The notes beneath the pieces were generated by a model. It ran no database searches, was not told the origin of the DNA, and worked only from the letters and a program-made list of their open reading frames with translations. From Camelus ferus (lineage: Eukaryota): 64,000 nt of DNA. The position numbers and the translations under genes are program-made. The stretch spans positions 58,468,001 to 58,532,000 of the forward strand of contig NC_045696.1 of the NCBI RefSeq assembly GCF_009834535.1. Reading direction: 5' to 3'. This document shows, piece by piece, positions 13,866-26,134 of this stretch (positions are counted from its first letter, which is position 1; each line of letters starts with the position of its first letter).

Positions 13866-13994
13866 TTTCTGCCTCAGAGAAAGCTTTTCCATTACACTGT
13901 GAATGATACCTGTTTTGTCGTTCTTTCTGAATTTCCACGTGTTCTGAAGACAAAGTTTTTTATAGCCACTTACGGCCATTTTGTACAATTTTGA

Positions 13995-14006
13995 AATAAA
14001 ATTAAA
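13995..14006 (+). terminator. PDIA5: PDIA5 polyadenylation signal (tandem AATAAA + ATTAAA)
   Basis: aataaaattaaa about 130 nt after the stop, followed by a GT-rich downstream element (ttgtttggtggtgtggg). Confidence 0.85.
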
Positions 14007-16529
14007 CCAATTGTTTGGTGGTGTGGGTCACTTGCTCGGAGCCTGTTCCAACAGATGGATACCTGGGTTCCCCTCCCACGTCGGGAGGTGGAGACCCAGA
14101 CACCACTGCCACGTCTGCGCAGAAGAGACTCGTGGGGGCAGGTCGGTGAGGGGGGAGGCAAAGGGTGCTGGCCCCGGTCAGTCACTGGAGAGCAGAACAG
14201 GGAATCAGACCACAAAATAGCCTGTTGGGAAACAACTGGTTTTGAGAGCAAATACATTCAGATGATCAGGGAAAATGGGATTCTGGAGCTAAAGGGAACC
14301 AAGCATTAGCTTTTTCTGGATCATTGTGGTTTTGGTGTGTTTTCCTGGAACGCATTTACATATTTCTCTTTCTTCCACTATTTCTGTCTTCTCCACTCTT
14401 ACCCTCTCCAGTCCCTCCCAGCTCTCCCTTTAAAGAAAAGCACGTCTCCAGGGTCAAGAACAGTGGTGAGGCCCAGGCTGGAAGGGGCATCTAGGATGGG
14501 GTAGGGCTGCCTGCTCCACGCACTGGCTGAAAGGGGGGTGTGGGGACATGGTGGCATCTTCTCAGGGTGCAGATTTTGTGTCTGTTAACCAGCCCCCCGA
14601 CGCCACCACAGTAACCTCCAGACCTTCCCAACACGTTCTCACGGATGGGCGCCACCCACGCCTCTGCCTCCTGCCTCTGTTACCTTTCTCTCCTGACTAT
14701 CTTTCCGGCTAGTCCTGCTTTCCGCCTCCCTGTGTGGCAGCAGCCGTGCGCCCGGCGCTGCTGCCAGAGCCACAGTCCTTCACAGGCTGTAGAGCAGCCT
14801 CGCTTGTTCTCTCCTGTCTTGTCAGCGGCAGTCCCAGCCTTGGGCTCCTCAGGCGGTTCCGAGGTTGGGTATTCTGAGCCGCAGCACTAGGCAGCACACT
14901 TTGGTGGGAACAGCCCGGTCTCCTGGGCAGGCCCCTCCTTTGCAGCCTCTGCCTTCCTGCTGATGGGTCCCCCAGAAGAAAGTCAGAGAGAGTCAAAGAG
15001 TTCCCCATGGCGGCCTTGACGAGGTGCCGCTGCACACGGCTCTCTCAACTGAGATCGAAGGTTTTGAAAGCCCTCATTCTGGCTCAGTGTCCCAACTTCC
15101 CAATCCACCCCCTCTGGTGCCGTACACTGTCAGGCAAGGGGCTGTTAAGTCCTGACACCAAGTATCCTGTCTCTCCTGCAAGGGGCTCTTGAGAGCATGT
15201 GTGCACATGGACACGAGTTTCCTTAATGATGGTTAGGTGTCTCTGTGGGAGAAACATACTTGTTTGTGTCTCCAAAAATGATGTTGTTTTTAATTGTGTC
15301 TTTAAAGTAATACCTGACAGGAGCCTCTTCCTGGCTGAGAACCATTGATGCCCACCTTTGAGACACAGGGCTCTTCCCATCCATTCCACAGCCTGAGTTG
15401 CCTTCTGTGTGAGGACTTAAGAGCATCAGGTAATGGCATCCTTGTCACTCCTCTTTGCAGGATTTGTTCATCATGGGGCCTTTGTCAGAATGTCTGGTGT
15501 TTGCTGTGACTTTGGGCATGGCCCGAGCAAGTTCCTCCCAGCTCTGGGCAACTGCCTCTATGGATGGAGCCCCCTTCCTCCACGCCCCCCAGACCCCCGC
15601 CTCCCCACCTTGTCTCAGTTCTGGGGCTCTCTGCAGATTGTGGTTAGAACATGGCTCCTGGTTAGTTCCATTCCCATTGCCCATGCTTTGTTCATTTGGG
15701 GTTCATTGATCTTCAGTGCAGACCCCTCCCTAATCCTCACTCCAGGACCTGCCATCACCCCCTCTGTTCCCCTAGATCTCACATTTGCTGATTTCTCTGC
15801 AAGAAGTAAGTGTATGAGTTGGGAAAGGACTGATTCCCAGTCTTCATTCTGGTGGCATTGGCATAGCCTTCCCCTCAATTTCTCTCCTTAGGGTCATTTC
15901 TTCTGTTTCCATTCTCTGCTGGTTTGCCTTATGCTCCATCACCCCCCACCTCTCGCCCACCGGTGACTCCCCATCACCACTAACGAGCTCTCAGAGCTGG
16001 CCCCCAGCCCTTCTCATCTTCCCCACATGGCCCCCTCCCTGTCTAGAGGTGTTTGGCTTCCAGAAACTGTGCCAGGCTCAGGAAAGTGATGCTCTCAGCT
16101 CAGGAACCGGTTTGCTCCACCAATGTAAGAAGATGTGGAATCTCATCTGGAAAGCACCAAGCCAACGTGTGTATCAGAGGTGAAACCTGTGGCTCAGTGG
16201 GGTTGTGTGACTGCCCAAATCACGCAGAACGAAGCAGAGGCCAGTCCTGCTCCCAAGAGGCTCCCAGTTGGAGGGTGACTGGGCACTGCTGGTCAGAACT
16301 GAGCTCCCTGCAGGTATGCTCTTACTGCTTGCCACTATTTTATTATGTTAAGGCTGGAATAATGAAACTGATATTCTTGAGCTATATGTGAAACCAGATT
16401 CCTGTTTTGATCCCACCAGATACATGCCTCCCCTCAAATTTTTTATTTTAGGTCTGTGATGATTGATACAGTAGCCATTAGCCACATATGGCCATTGAAT
16501 GTTTGAAATGTGGCTACTGCAACTGAGGA

Positions 16530-16557
16530 GTGTGTGTGTGCGTGTGTGTGTGTGTGC
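16530..16557. repeat. Imperfect (TG)n microsatellite
   Basis: gtgtgtgtgtgcgtgtgtgtgtgtgtgc. Confidence 0.8.
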
Positions 16558-16559
16558 TT

Positions 16560-19490
16560 GTGCCTTTTTTGTTGTATAACATGCGTAACATAAAATTTAC
16601 CATTTTCAAGTGTACAGTTCAGTAGCACTAAGTATATTCACATTGCTGTGCAACCATCATTAATATCCATCTCCAGAACTTTCATCTTCCCAAACTGAAA
16701 CTCTGTATTCCCTAAACAACGACTCCCCATTCCTCCCCTCTCTCAGTCCCTGGTAACCAGCATTCTACTTTGTATGAATTTGCCTATTCTAGGTACCTCA
16801 TATAAGTAAAATCATATATTTGTCCTTTTGTGTCTGGCTTATTTCACTTAGCATAATACTTTCAAGGTTCATTATATTGTAGCATATGTCAGAATTTCCT
16901 TCCTTTTTAAGGATGAATAATATTCCACTTTATAGATATACCACATTTTGTTTATCCATTCATCCATCAATGGTAATTTGAGCTGTTTTCACCTTTTGGC
17001 TATTATGAATAATGCTGCTGGGAACAATGTTGTACAAATCATCTCTTTGAGTCTCTGCTTTCAATTCTTTTGAAAATGGAATTGCTGGATCGTATGGTAA
17101 TTCTGTGTCTAGTTTTTCAGGAATCACTATACTGTTCTCAATAGTGGCTGCACCATTTTACATTCCTACCACAATGCACCAAGGGTTCCTATTTCTCCAC
17201 ATCCTTGCTGAAAGTTATTCTCTGTGTGTGTGTTTTAATAATAGCCATCCTAATGAGTGTAAGGTAGTATCTCACTGTGGCTTTGATGCTCATTCCTTTA
17301 ATGATTAGTGACACTGAGCATCTTTTCATGTGCTGTTCGGTCATTTGTATATCTTTGGGGAAATGTCTATTTAAGTCCTTTGCCCTTTTTTGAAATGAGT
17401 TATTTGGGGTTTTTTTTGTTGTTGTTGTTCTCTTGTAGGAATTCTATATACATTCTGGATTTTAATCCATTATCAGGAACATGATATGCAAATCTATTCT
17501 GCTTTCTGTGGGTTGTCTTTTCACTTCCTTGATAGTGTCTTTTGATGTATGAAACTTTTTACTTTTGATGAAGTCCAGTATATCTATTTTTTTCTTTTTT
17601 TGTCTGTGCTTTTGGTGTGATATCCAGCAAATCATTGCTTAACCCAATGTTAGGAGATTTTCTGCTATGTTTTCTTCTAAGAGTTTTATAGTTTTGGGAT
17701 ATTACATTTAGGACTTTGATCCATTTTGAGTCCAGCTTCATTGTTTTGCATGTAGATATCCAGTTTCCTGAACACCACTTATGGCAAAGACTGTCTTTTC
17801 CTCATTGACCAGTCTTGGCATCCTAGTCAAAAATCATTTGACTCTATACATGAGGGTTTATTTCTGGGCTTTCTATTCTATTCCATGGGTCTATATGCCT
17901 GTATTTATGTCAGCACCACACTGTTTTGATTACTATAGATTCATAGTAAGTTTTGAAATCAGGAAATGTGAACCCTCCAACTTTGTTCTTGTTTTTCAAG
18001 ATTGTTTCAGCTGTTCAGGTTTCCTTGAAATTCCACGTGTCTATGCCATTTATCACATATGCAGATTAGCATCACCAGTACTGCAATCAAAACACACAAC
18101 CGTTCGATCCCCACAAAGATCTCTCTTTATGTTCACACCTTTTCTCCCCTGCCCTCTCCTGACTAAACCCTGGCTTGCAATGGCTTGTTTTCTGTCTCTA
18201 TATGTTTGCCATTGGGGAATGTTTTTAAAATGGGATTACACAATTTGTAATCTCTTGAGATTGGCTTTTCTCATTCTGCCAAGTGCCCTTGAGAGCCATC
18301 CCAGTTGTTGCATATATCAGTATTTCCTTCCTTTTTCTTGCTGAGCACTACGCCATGGTGTGGGTGTATCGCAGTTTTGTTTAACCTTTCACCTATTAAG
18401 GGACATTTTTATTGTATCCAATTTGGGGCCATTACAATAAAGCTGCATTTTGTGTAGATGTAAACTTTTGTTTCTCTGGGATAAACACTCAGGAGTGTGA
18501 TTGCTGGGTCAGATGTTAACAGTGTCTTTAGCTTTTAAGGAGACTGCCAGACTTTTCCAGAGTGGCTGTTATCATTCACTGTCTCACCAGTGATAATATG
18601 AGAGATCCAGGTTCTCTGCATCCTCACCAGTGTTTGTTTTTGTTGCTGTTGTTAGTTTCAGCTGTTCTAACTAGTGTGTGGTAATGTCTCATCACAGTCT
18701 TAGTGTACATTTCCCTAATGATTAGTGACGTTAGCTATTTTTTCCGGTGCTTATTTGCCATCTCTTTATCCTCTTCAGTGAAATGTCTGTTCATATCTTT
18801 TGTCCATTTTCTAATTGGATTATTTTCTTTTTACTGTTGAATTTTGAAAGTTCTTTGACTATTATAGATACTAGTTCTTTGTCAGATGGGTGGCCTATAA
18901 ATATTTTCCCCTAGTCTGTAGCTTGGTTTTTCATCTTCTTAACAGGATCTTTGACAGAGCAAAAGTTTTAAATTTTGATGAAGCCCAATATGTAGTTTTT
19001 TTTTTTTTTTCTTTCAAGGATCATGCTTTTGGTGTCATCTCTTAAGAACTCATCATCAAGTTCTAGGTCCCAAAGATTTCTTCTGTTTTTTTCCCTAAAA
19101 TTTTACATTTAAATATATGATCCAATTTGAGTTAATTTTTGTAGAAGGTGTGAGACTCAGGTCAGGGTTCATTTTTTGGCCTATCAATGTCTAGTTGCTT
19201 TGACACCAGTTGTTGAAGACTATCTTTCCTCCACTGCATTGCTTTTACGTTTTTATCAAAAATCATTTGACTGTACTTACAGGTCTATTTCTGGGTTCTC
19301 TGTTCTCTGATCCATGTGTCTGTCCCCTCACCAACACTACACAATCCTAATTACTTATATCTACATAGTAAGCCTTGAAATCAAGTAGAGTGACTTCTCC
19401 CACTACAGATTGTTCTAGTTGTTTAATTCCTATGCCTTTCCATATAAATTTTAGAAGAATATTGTCTATATCAAATTTTTTTCTGAGACT
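16560..19490 (-). mobile_element. Two adjacent old L1 (L1M-type) 3' fragments
   Basis: Typical antisense L1 3'UTR/ORF2 sequence (gtgtacagttcagtagcactaagtatattcacattg; tgattagtgacactgagcatcttttcatgtg). The ORF2-end block recurs at about 18700, so there are two elements, junction near 18030. Confidence 0.8.
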
Positions 19491-20085
19491 TTAATGTCAT
19501 TTCAAATGATTAAGAAGAAAATGTACACATATATCCGTATGTATAGAGAGAGATGTATACATGTGTATATAGAGAGATGTATGTAAATACATAAAGAGAG
19601 ATATAGGGTAGAGACAAAATATAAATAATTGGTGAATCTAGTCAAGGGCATATATGACTTTTTATAAGTTTGAAATTACATCAAAGTGAAAAATGCTTCC
19701 TCTCCACCCCCCAAAAATTACACATGGAAAAGAAAAGCACACTCTAAACATATAAACTTAGGGCCCAATTTAGCAGAGGGCCTGAGGTTAGCTATCTCTA
19801 GGGAGCCCCACTACCTGTATGGCCAGGACCCAGAGTCCCGCTGTGTCCCCACAGAGGGGTACAGAAGGGACCTGAGAGCCTGGCTGATGCATTTGCCAGA
19901 GGGTGTCACCGCAGTGAGATCACAGGCCAACCTCAGGGGTCCGCAGCACCAGTGGGAGCGAGGTGGTGCCCAGGAGTAGAGAAGGAAGGAAGGTGCACTA
20001 GCCCAGGCTTCTGGAACGGACAGCAACAGAATTCCCCACAGCTGGACCAGATGCCCCCCAGCAGCCACCACGCTAGGTACAGCCT

Positions 20086-20104
20086 TGACCAGCAGGGGGC
20101 GTGA
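20086..20104 (+). promoter_or_regulatory. CTCF consensus motif
   Basis: tgaccagcagggggcgtga contains the CCAGCAGGGGGCG core and lies in a GC-rich unique island among L1 sequence. Confidence 0.6.
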
Positions 20105-20849
20105 GGACCTGCAGGACCTCATGTCGGTCTAGGTCCCCACCCTCAGGCTGTCAGTTACGTTGTTCACACCTGGCAGAGAAGAGGGGCTCTAAAAGAGTTG
20201 GCATTTTCCTAGGGAGTCATCCTAGAGGTACCTAGAGAGAACTTTTTGTTTATTGGATCAGACTGAGATCACTACTCATTAAATCAGTAAATAGGAGAAG
20301 ATACACCCACACATACACACACACAGTTTTCTCTGTATAAATAAGCAGTGTAAATATACATCTTCTACATTCCTGATAAAATGTGACATCCAGTTCCAAA
20401 CATAAGAGTCCAGGTGAGACCTGGCCAGCACAAAGGAGAGAGGACCCTTCTTTATAGATCTTACAAGGTGTATCTTGATTAACCTAGTCTACAATTAGAG
20501 ACTTACTGTCAACAAAAACCATCAAAACTTTTTCACACTGCTCACAGAAAAGATCAGTCCTTGATAGTTAATTTCCATTGAATATTTTCTTTACTTATTT
20601 TCAAGGTAATACATGTGTTTTAAGAAACCTTGAAAAATGCAGAAAAATATGCAAAAGAAAATTTAATCACTCATAGCCCAGCTGTTCATCAATTACTGTT
20701 GAATAATTTGATATATCATCTTCCATGTTTTAATCACACAGAAATGAAATCTCCTAGTATTTTACAACTTTTAAAAATTTTGCAAAATGTTTCAACACTT
20801 TCCTACATTGTTAGAAATTCTTTTTCAACATAATTTTTAAAGACTATAG

Positions 20850-21076
20850 AGTTTCTCAACACTATTTCTTGGCACTATTGTCATTTTGGAACAGATAATT
20901 CTTTGTTGTGGGAAACTTTTACATACATTGTAGGATTTTTTGCAGTACTGCTGGCCTCTACCCCCGAAATGCCAGTGGCATCTCTGCTCCCCCATGGGTT
21001 GTGATAACCAAAAATATCTCCAGACTTTGCCACATATCCCCCTCGGGGCAAAATTACCTCCAGTTGAGAATCACTG
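20850..21076. mobile_element. MER20 (hAT-Charlie) MITE
   Basis: Termini agtttctcaac...gttgagaatcactg and diagnostic internal ggcactattgtcattttgg..gataattctttgttgtggg. Confidence 0.8.
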
Positions 21077-21415
21077 ATTTATAGTACTTTATCCTTTGTA
21101 AATACTATCCTTTACTTATAAATTCATGCCATTAGATACATATGTTATATATAGTTATACTCTATCATAAATAATGCTGAGATGGACATCTCTGGTTTTG
21201 TTATTTTAGATACGTTGCACATGTTCAGAAGTGGCTTTCTGGGTCAAAGAATATGCTTGTTTTTAAGGCCTGTGATGTATATTATCAATTTTCCCTCAGC
21301 AATGTACCTATTTATACTCTTCCCAAGAGTTTATGAAATAACCTGTTTTCCTAAACTCTTGCTAACTCTGGACATTATAATTTTAAAGCTCTTTACAAAT
21401 TTTATTTTTGATATA

Positions 21416-21635
21416 CAGTTGACCCTTTAACAACATGGATTTGAATTTCATGGGTCCACTTATATGTGGATTTTTTTGATAGTAAATACCACAGTATTAC
21501 ACAATTGATCCACAGTTGGTTGAATCCATGGATGCAGAACCCCGAATTGGAGGACGTGGAGGGCTAGAAGTTACACACTACTTTTGACTGTGCAGATTGG
21601 TGCTCCTAACCCCCCAGTTGTTTAAAAGTCAATCA
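21416..21635. mobile_element. Tigger2-type (TcMar) MITE
   Basis: TIR cagttgaccctttaacaac...gttgtttaaaagtcaatca, flanked by TA dinucleotides. Confidence 0.75.
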
Positions 21636-22684
21636 TAATTATAAAAGTTATTCTAGGTAAGTTTTATCTTGAAATTTTGTCTTTGTCTTAGCCTGCCAGG
21701 GTATTTCAGATTCTGTTTCTGTCTCTGACAAGTCTTCTGTCTTTAGCTTCATGTCACTTACAAATCTGATAAGAATTGAAACTTTGTAAAAGAGTGTAGG
21801 CTAGAATCCTATAGCAGGCCGATGGGGATTCCTGTCAGTCCACCAGTGCAGCTTCCCTAGGCACAGTCAGCCAGCAAGTTCCTAACCCATTCATATGTCC
21901 CAGCATCCAAACCGTATTTCCCAACCTTCCCTTAAAGATACAGTGAAAGATATTGTCAAATGTTTTGCTGAAGTCTAGATATACTGTGTCTATCGCATTA
22001 TCTAATGAACCGATCTAATAACCCTGTGAAAGAATAATAAGCCTTTACCTGTACACAGCCCCTTACAGTTTGGAAGCATTTTTAGGACCATTTCATGCAG
22101 CGCCCACACAAATCCATGACATTGCCGTAAGGAGGCTGAGGCTGTGTTTTTCCTGGTATCTTAAACTACATTTCAAATTTATTTTCATTTAAGGAATGAG
22201 GTAGGATTCTTTGTTTTTCAAAATGGCTAGCCACTTGCCCCACAATATTTTGAGTAATGTACCTTTCCCAACTGAAATGCCACTTTTACCATATAGAAAA
22301 TTTCAAAATGTGCTCAGATGCCTTATTTTTATGTCCTAATCGTTGAATCACTTCTAGCTATAACGTCTAAATCACTGTGATAACATCCTCATCCTCTTGG
22401 CCCACATCTCCTACTCCAAGTACTTAGTTTAGAGGGAGGGCATCCTTTCTAGACAGTTACCTTTGCAGCCTGATCTGAATGTTGTGCCCCCTCAGCCCCC
22501 AGATGCCCTCCTATCTCAAGCCCTAATTACCTCCTGATGAGGAACAGGAAGGAAGAGACGACACCAGCATCTCATCATTGGAAACTGGCAACCCCCAGGG
22601 CTGAGTTCCCTGCAACCACCAGGATTTCCTGCTACTACACTCCTTGCAAAGAGTAGATCAACATTTGTGTTCATCTTTTCCCAG

Positions 22685-22862
22685 GTGCAATGGTTCTCAA
22701 TCCTATCTGCATGATTAACCACCTGGGGGATTTGATAAACTCTCAGAGCCAGGGCCTTGCCCAGAACAACTGAACCAAAGTTTCTGGGGATGGGATCCTG
22801 GCACTGATGTGTTTCAGAAGATCTCAGCTTGTTCTGAAGTGCAGCTGAAGTTCAGCAATGGT
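22685..22862. mobile_element. MER5A-like element
   Basis: caatggttctcaatc...cacctgggggatttgataaac...tctggggatgggatcctggca, the MER5 pattern. Confidence 0.6.
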
Positions 22863-24052
22863 GGGTTGAATACCCAGCTTCACCAGTTTGCAATGCTTAC
22901 TTACATATATGGAAACAAGGCTGGGAAAGCTTGGAAAATCAAGGGAAAGATGTTTTTCCAACAACATTCTCTAAAACCTTGGTAATTTTTCATTATGATT
23001 AAGTTATTAAATTGCTTGGGATCTTCTGAAAATTGTTTCTCAAAAACATTCACTAGGAAGATATATATGCAATTCTGTCCATGTTATCACTGCAATACAG
23101 GATCTATGCAGCTAAAATAATCTTGGCTCTAATACTCAAAGGCAGCAAGGTAAGTGACAGTAATAATACCACTGCTCTATTTTTCCAGACCATAGAATAA
23201 GCAGCACATGCAGAACATGACATTTCAAACACTGCTGCATCACTGAGTGTTCCACGTGGCATCTAGGCTGGGAGTCTGCCAAGCAAATGTCTCCTCTAAC
23301 AGGATGTTAAAACCTCAGCAGACTCAGACTTTAATTCTTGCCATCATCTGACTGCTTTCAGACCTTCTGCTTTCTGCAGCGTGCAAACAAATTGGTCTGG
23401 GTTTCAAAATTCTTCTGTCAAGAAATAAACTACCATGTGAAGGCATAGAGGGGCTTATCTGAATGCAGGCAGACATTGGGTTTTCAGAAGTCTTTGACAT
23501 GCTGAAAAAAACAGGTGTCTGAAGAAGTAAATTGCTGATAGCAATAGCTCAGAGAACGAATTGGAGTAAATCGAGTCCCATCTGCCAGGGTGACGCATGA
23601 GGTGACAGTAGAATCTGGGGATGGAACTTTTTGCCATACATGTATTCAACCTAACCTCTTGTTTTCAGCTTCACTTTCAGATGTATTTGGGACCCCAAAT
23701 CCTAAACCTGCCCAGAGTTAGGTAATATGAATCCACTTCTGGGCTTTCCCACTGCCAGGTTGGGCTTCTCATCTGCTGAGCCAGGGACCACTCACCAGTA
23801 TGACAGAGTCGAAAGACTCACATTTAAGAGTTCTGTCTGCCAGCCTCCCTCGCAGAGAGCACTGCCAGTCGCAGCTCCACAATTTGTGAGCACTGATGCT
23901 TATACAATTTAGGGGTCCTTTAAGAAAAAGAATACAAAATTCGGGACAAAGGCAGATGGATATTTATTTAGAATGAAAAGGACATCTCTCAAGTTAAACA
24001 CTTAAAATGCTGAAATACACCACAAATAATGCAAAATCCAGAAAACTAATAC

Positions 24053-24520
24053 TTTTTTTAAAAAAATTGAAGTATAGTCAGTTACAATGTGTCGATTTCT
24101 GGTGTACAGCTCAATGTCCCTGTCTTGCATATATACACATATATTCTTTTTCATTAAAGGTTATTATAAGATATTGAATATAGTTACCTGTACTATGCAG
24201 AAGAATTTTTTTTAATCTATTTTTGTATATAGTGGCTAACATTTGGAAATCTCTTAACTCCCAAATTTATCCCTTCCCACTCCCTTTCCCCCCCATAACC
24301 ATAAGATTGTTTACTATGTTCTGCAAGTCTGTTTCTGTTTCGTAGATGAGTTCATTAGTGTCCTCTTTTCTTCTTTTTTTAGATTCCACATATGAGTGAT
24401 ATTATATGGTATTTTTCTTCCTCTTTCTGACTTCACTTAGAATGATGATCTCTAGGTCCATACATGTTGTTGCAAATGGCAATATTTTATTCTTTGTTAT
24501 GGTTGAGTAGTATTCCATAG
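24053..24520 (-). mobile_element. Younger L1 3' end, 5'-truncated
   Basis: aattgaagtatagtcagttacaatgtg...gattccacatatgagtgatattatatggtattt, a laurasiatherian-type L1 3'UTR in antisense with a T-rich end. Confidence 0.8.
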
Positions 24521-25608
24521 TTAATACTGTCTTTTTAAAATTTATTTTTTATTTGCTTCTTTAGGTGTCTGCTCAAATACCATCTCCTAGGGGAGCACTC
24601 CTTTTCTCACTGCCCAGTACAAAGGAGCCAGCACACTTTGTGTTGTCCCCATCCCCCTCACTCTTTCTTTTTTCATAGCGCTTATCCCTCAGAATGTCAT
24701 ATCTATTCTTAGCTGTTTGCTTATTGTCTTTCTTTGTCACTAGAATGTAAGCTCTATAAGAGTGAAGACATTTCTGTCTACTCCATATTACCCCAACACC
24801 CAGAACATGCTAAGTGCTCAATAAATGTGTGTTGAGTAAATGTTGATAATTTTCACACAAAATTCAATACTTTACAAAATGTATGTAGAGTATGATCCAC
24901 TTTTTATAATAAGATGCACAGGAATAGAGACCAGAAGTAAATAGACCAAAATGTTAAAAATCAAAATGTTTAGGATCATCTCCTAAAAAAAAAAAGGTGA
25001 TCGTCTCTTGGTGATTTTCATTTTTTTCATCTTGCTTTTCAAGATAGTCCAATTTCTTTTCCATGATGTATTACACATTTTAGATAAATTAGAGGTGAAA
25101 TGCTTGTGATGAAATTTGAAGTAAGAAAGCTAGACACAAAATGTATCTGATAAGATCCCGATTTGTTTAAAATTCTTTTTTAAATAAGAAGACAAAGGAA
25201 ATACAACAATGAATTAATAGTGATTACCTCTTGGAATAACTGGTGGTTTTCATTTCCTGCTTTTTTGTGTTTTTGCAGCTTTTATACTGTGCATAAATTA
25301 CTGTGATAGTCTATGAAAATTAAGACAACAAATATTAATATGAAAAAAAGAACAAAAGTTATGAAAAATGAGGTCCCTTAACTAGAGATGGATGCAGCTG
25401 AATATTTGGAGATGTTCCAGGAAAGGGGAAGACAAAAGGAAGAGCACCCTGGAGGGAATAAGGTGTAGGTGAAGACCTCGATGAGATTAAGATAAGATAG
25501 TGACAGGGAAAGAAGAAGGAACCAACTGCAGTCGGGGATGAAGATAAAAACAGAGGAGGAAAAGTGAAACAGAGAAATTCCTTCATTTTGTTTCAAATAA
25601 GTGCCCAC

Positions 25609-26134
25609 CCTCAGAGCTTGCTAAATTTCTAAATAATCCAATGATAAGTGGTAAGTAAATGGATATCATTTTATAAACTTTTGATGGGCTCTTTTAAAAA
25701 GCAGTGAAGAAAAAATATATTCTGAAATCGCCCCAAATGCCTTCTTAACTCTGGTTTTTCGAAGCAGACTTCTGAATCGGGATTTTCATGACTTGACTTA
25801 ATTGTGCATTAATTCCAGGTGGCAATGATTGACCGTAACTGCAAGTAACTGGACAAATTCTTGTGATCTCCCAGGACTACCTGGGTAATGGAATAATAAT
25901 GATAATTAGGATGTGGTGAATCTACCTTCTCACTATGAAATAGAATGCCAAATAGAAGTAGTTAGTATTCATTGGAAACAGCATGTGAATAATCAGATAA
26001 AAGAAAAGTACTTAGTGAAGGCACAAAAACACTTGAAAATCCTTTAACATTTATTTTTGTAGCACAATGAAATAAAAGTGTGGATCAGTTTTAAAATTCA
26101 TAGCTTATCTAAGGAACTCCTGGGAATTTACTGG
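25609..26134 (-). pseudogene. Candidate fossil exon pair encoding an RGS-like domain
   Basis: Segments 26134-26012 and 25880-25609 join in phase 0 across a 131-nt GT-AG intron: ..VLQK*MLKDFQVFLCLH*|VVLGDHKNLSSYLQLR..PDSEVCFEKPELRRHLGRFQNIFFLHCFLKEPIKSL*NDIH.. Confidence 0.45.

Noticed and set aside
17781..18344. 187-aa hydrophobic ORF
   Set aside because: Antisense reading of L1 fragments.
25918..26046. About 42-codon open frame on the + strand opposite the candidate fossil exons
   Set aside because: No clear splice context or motif. It shows that frames of this length occur by chance, so single segments are weak evidence.
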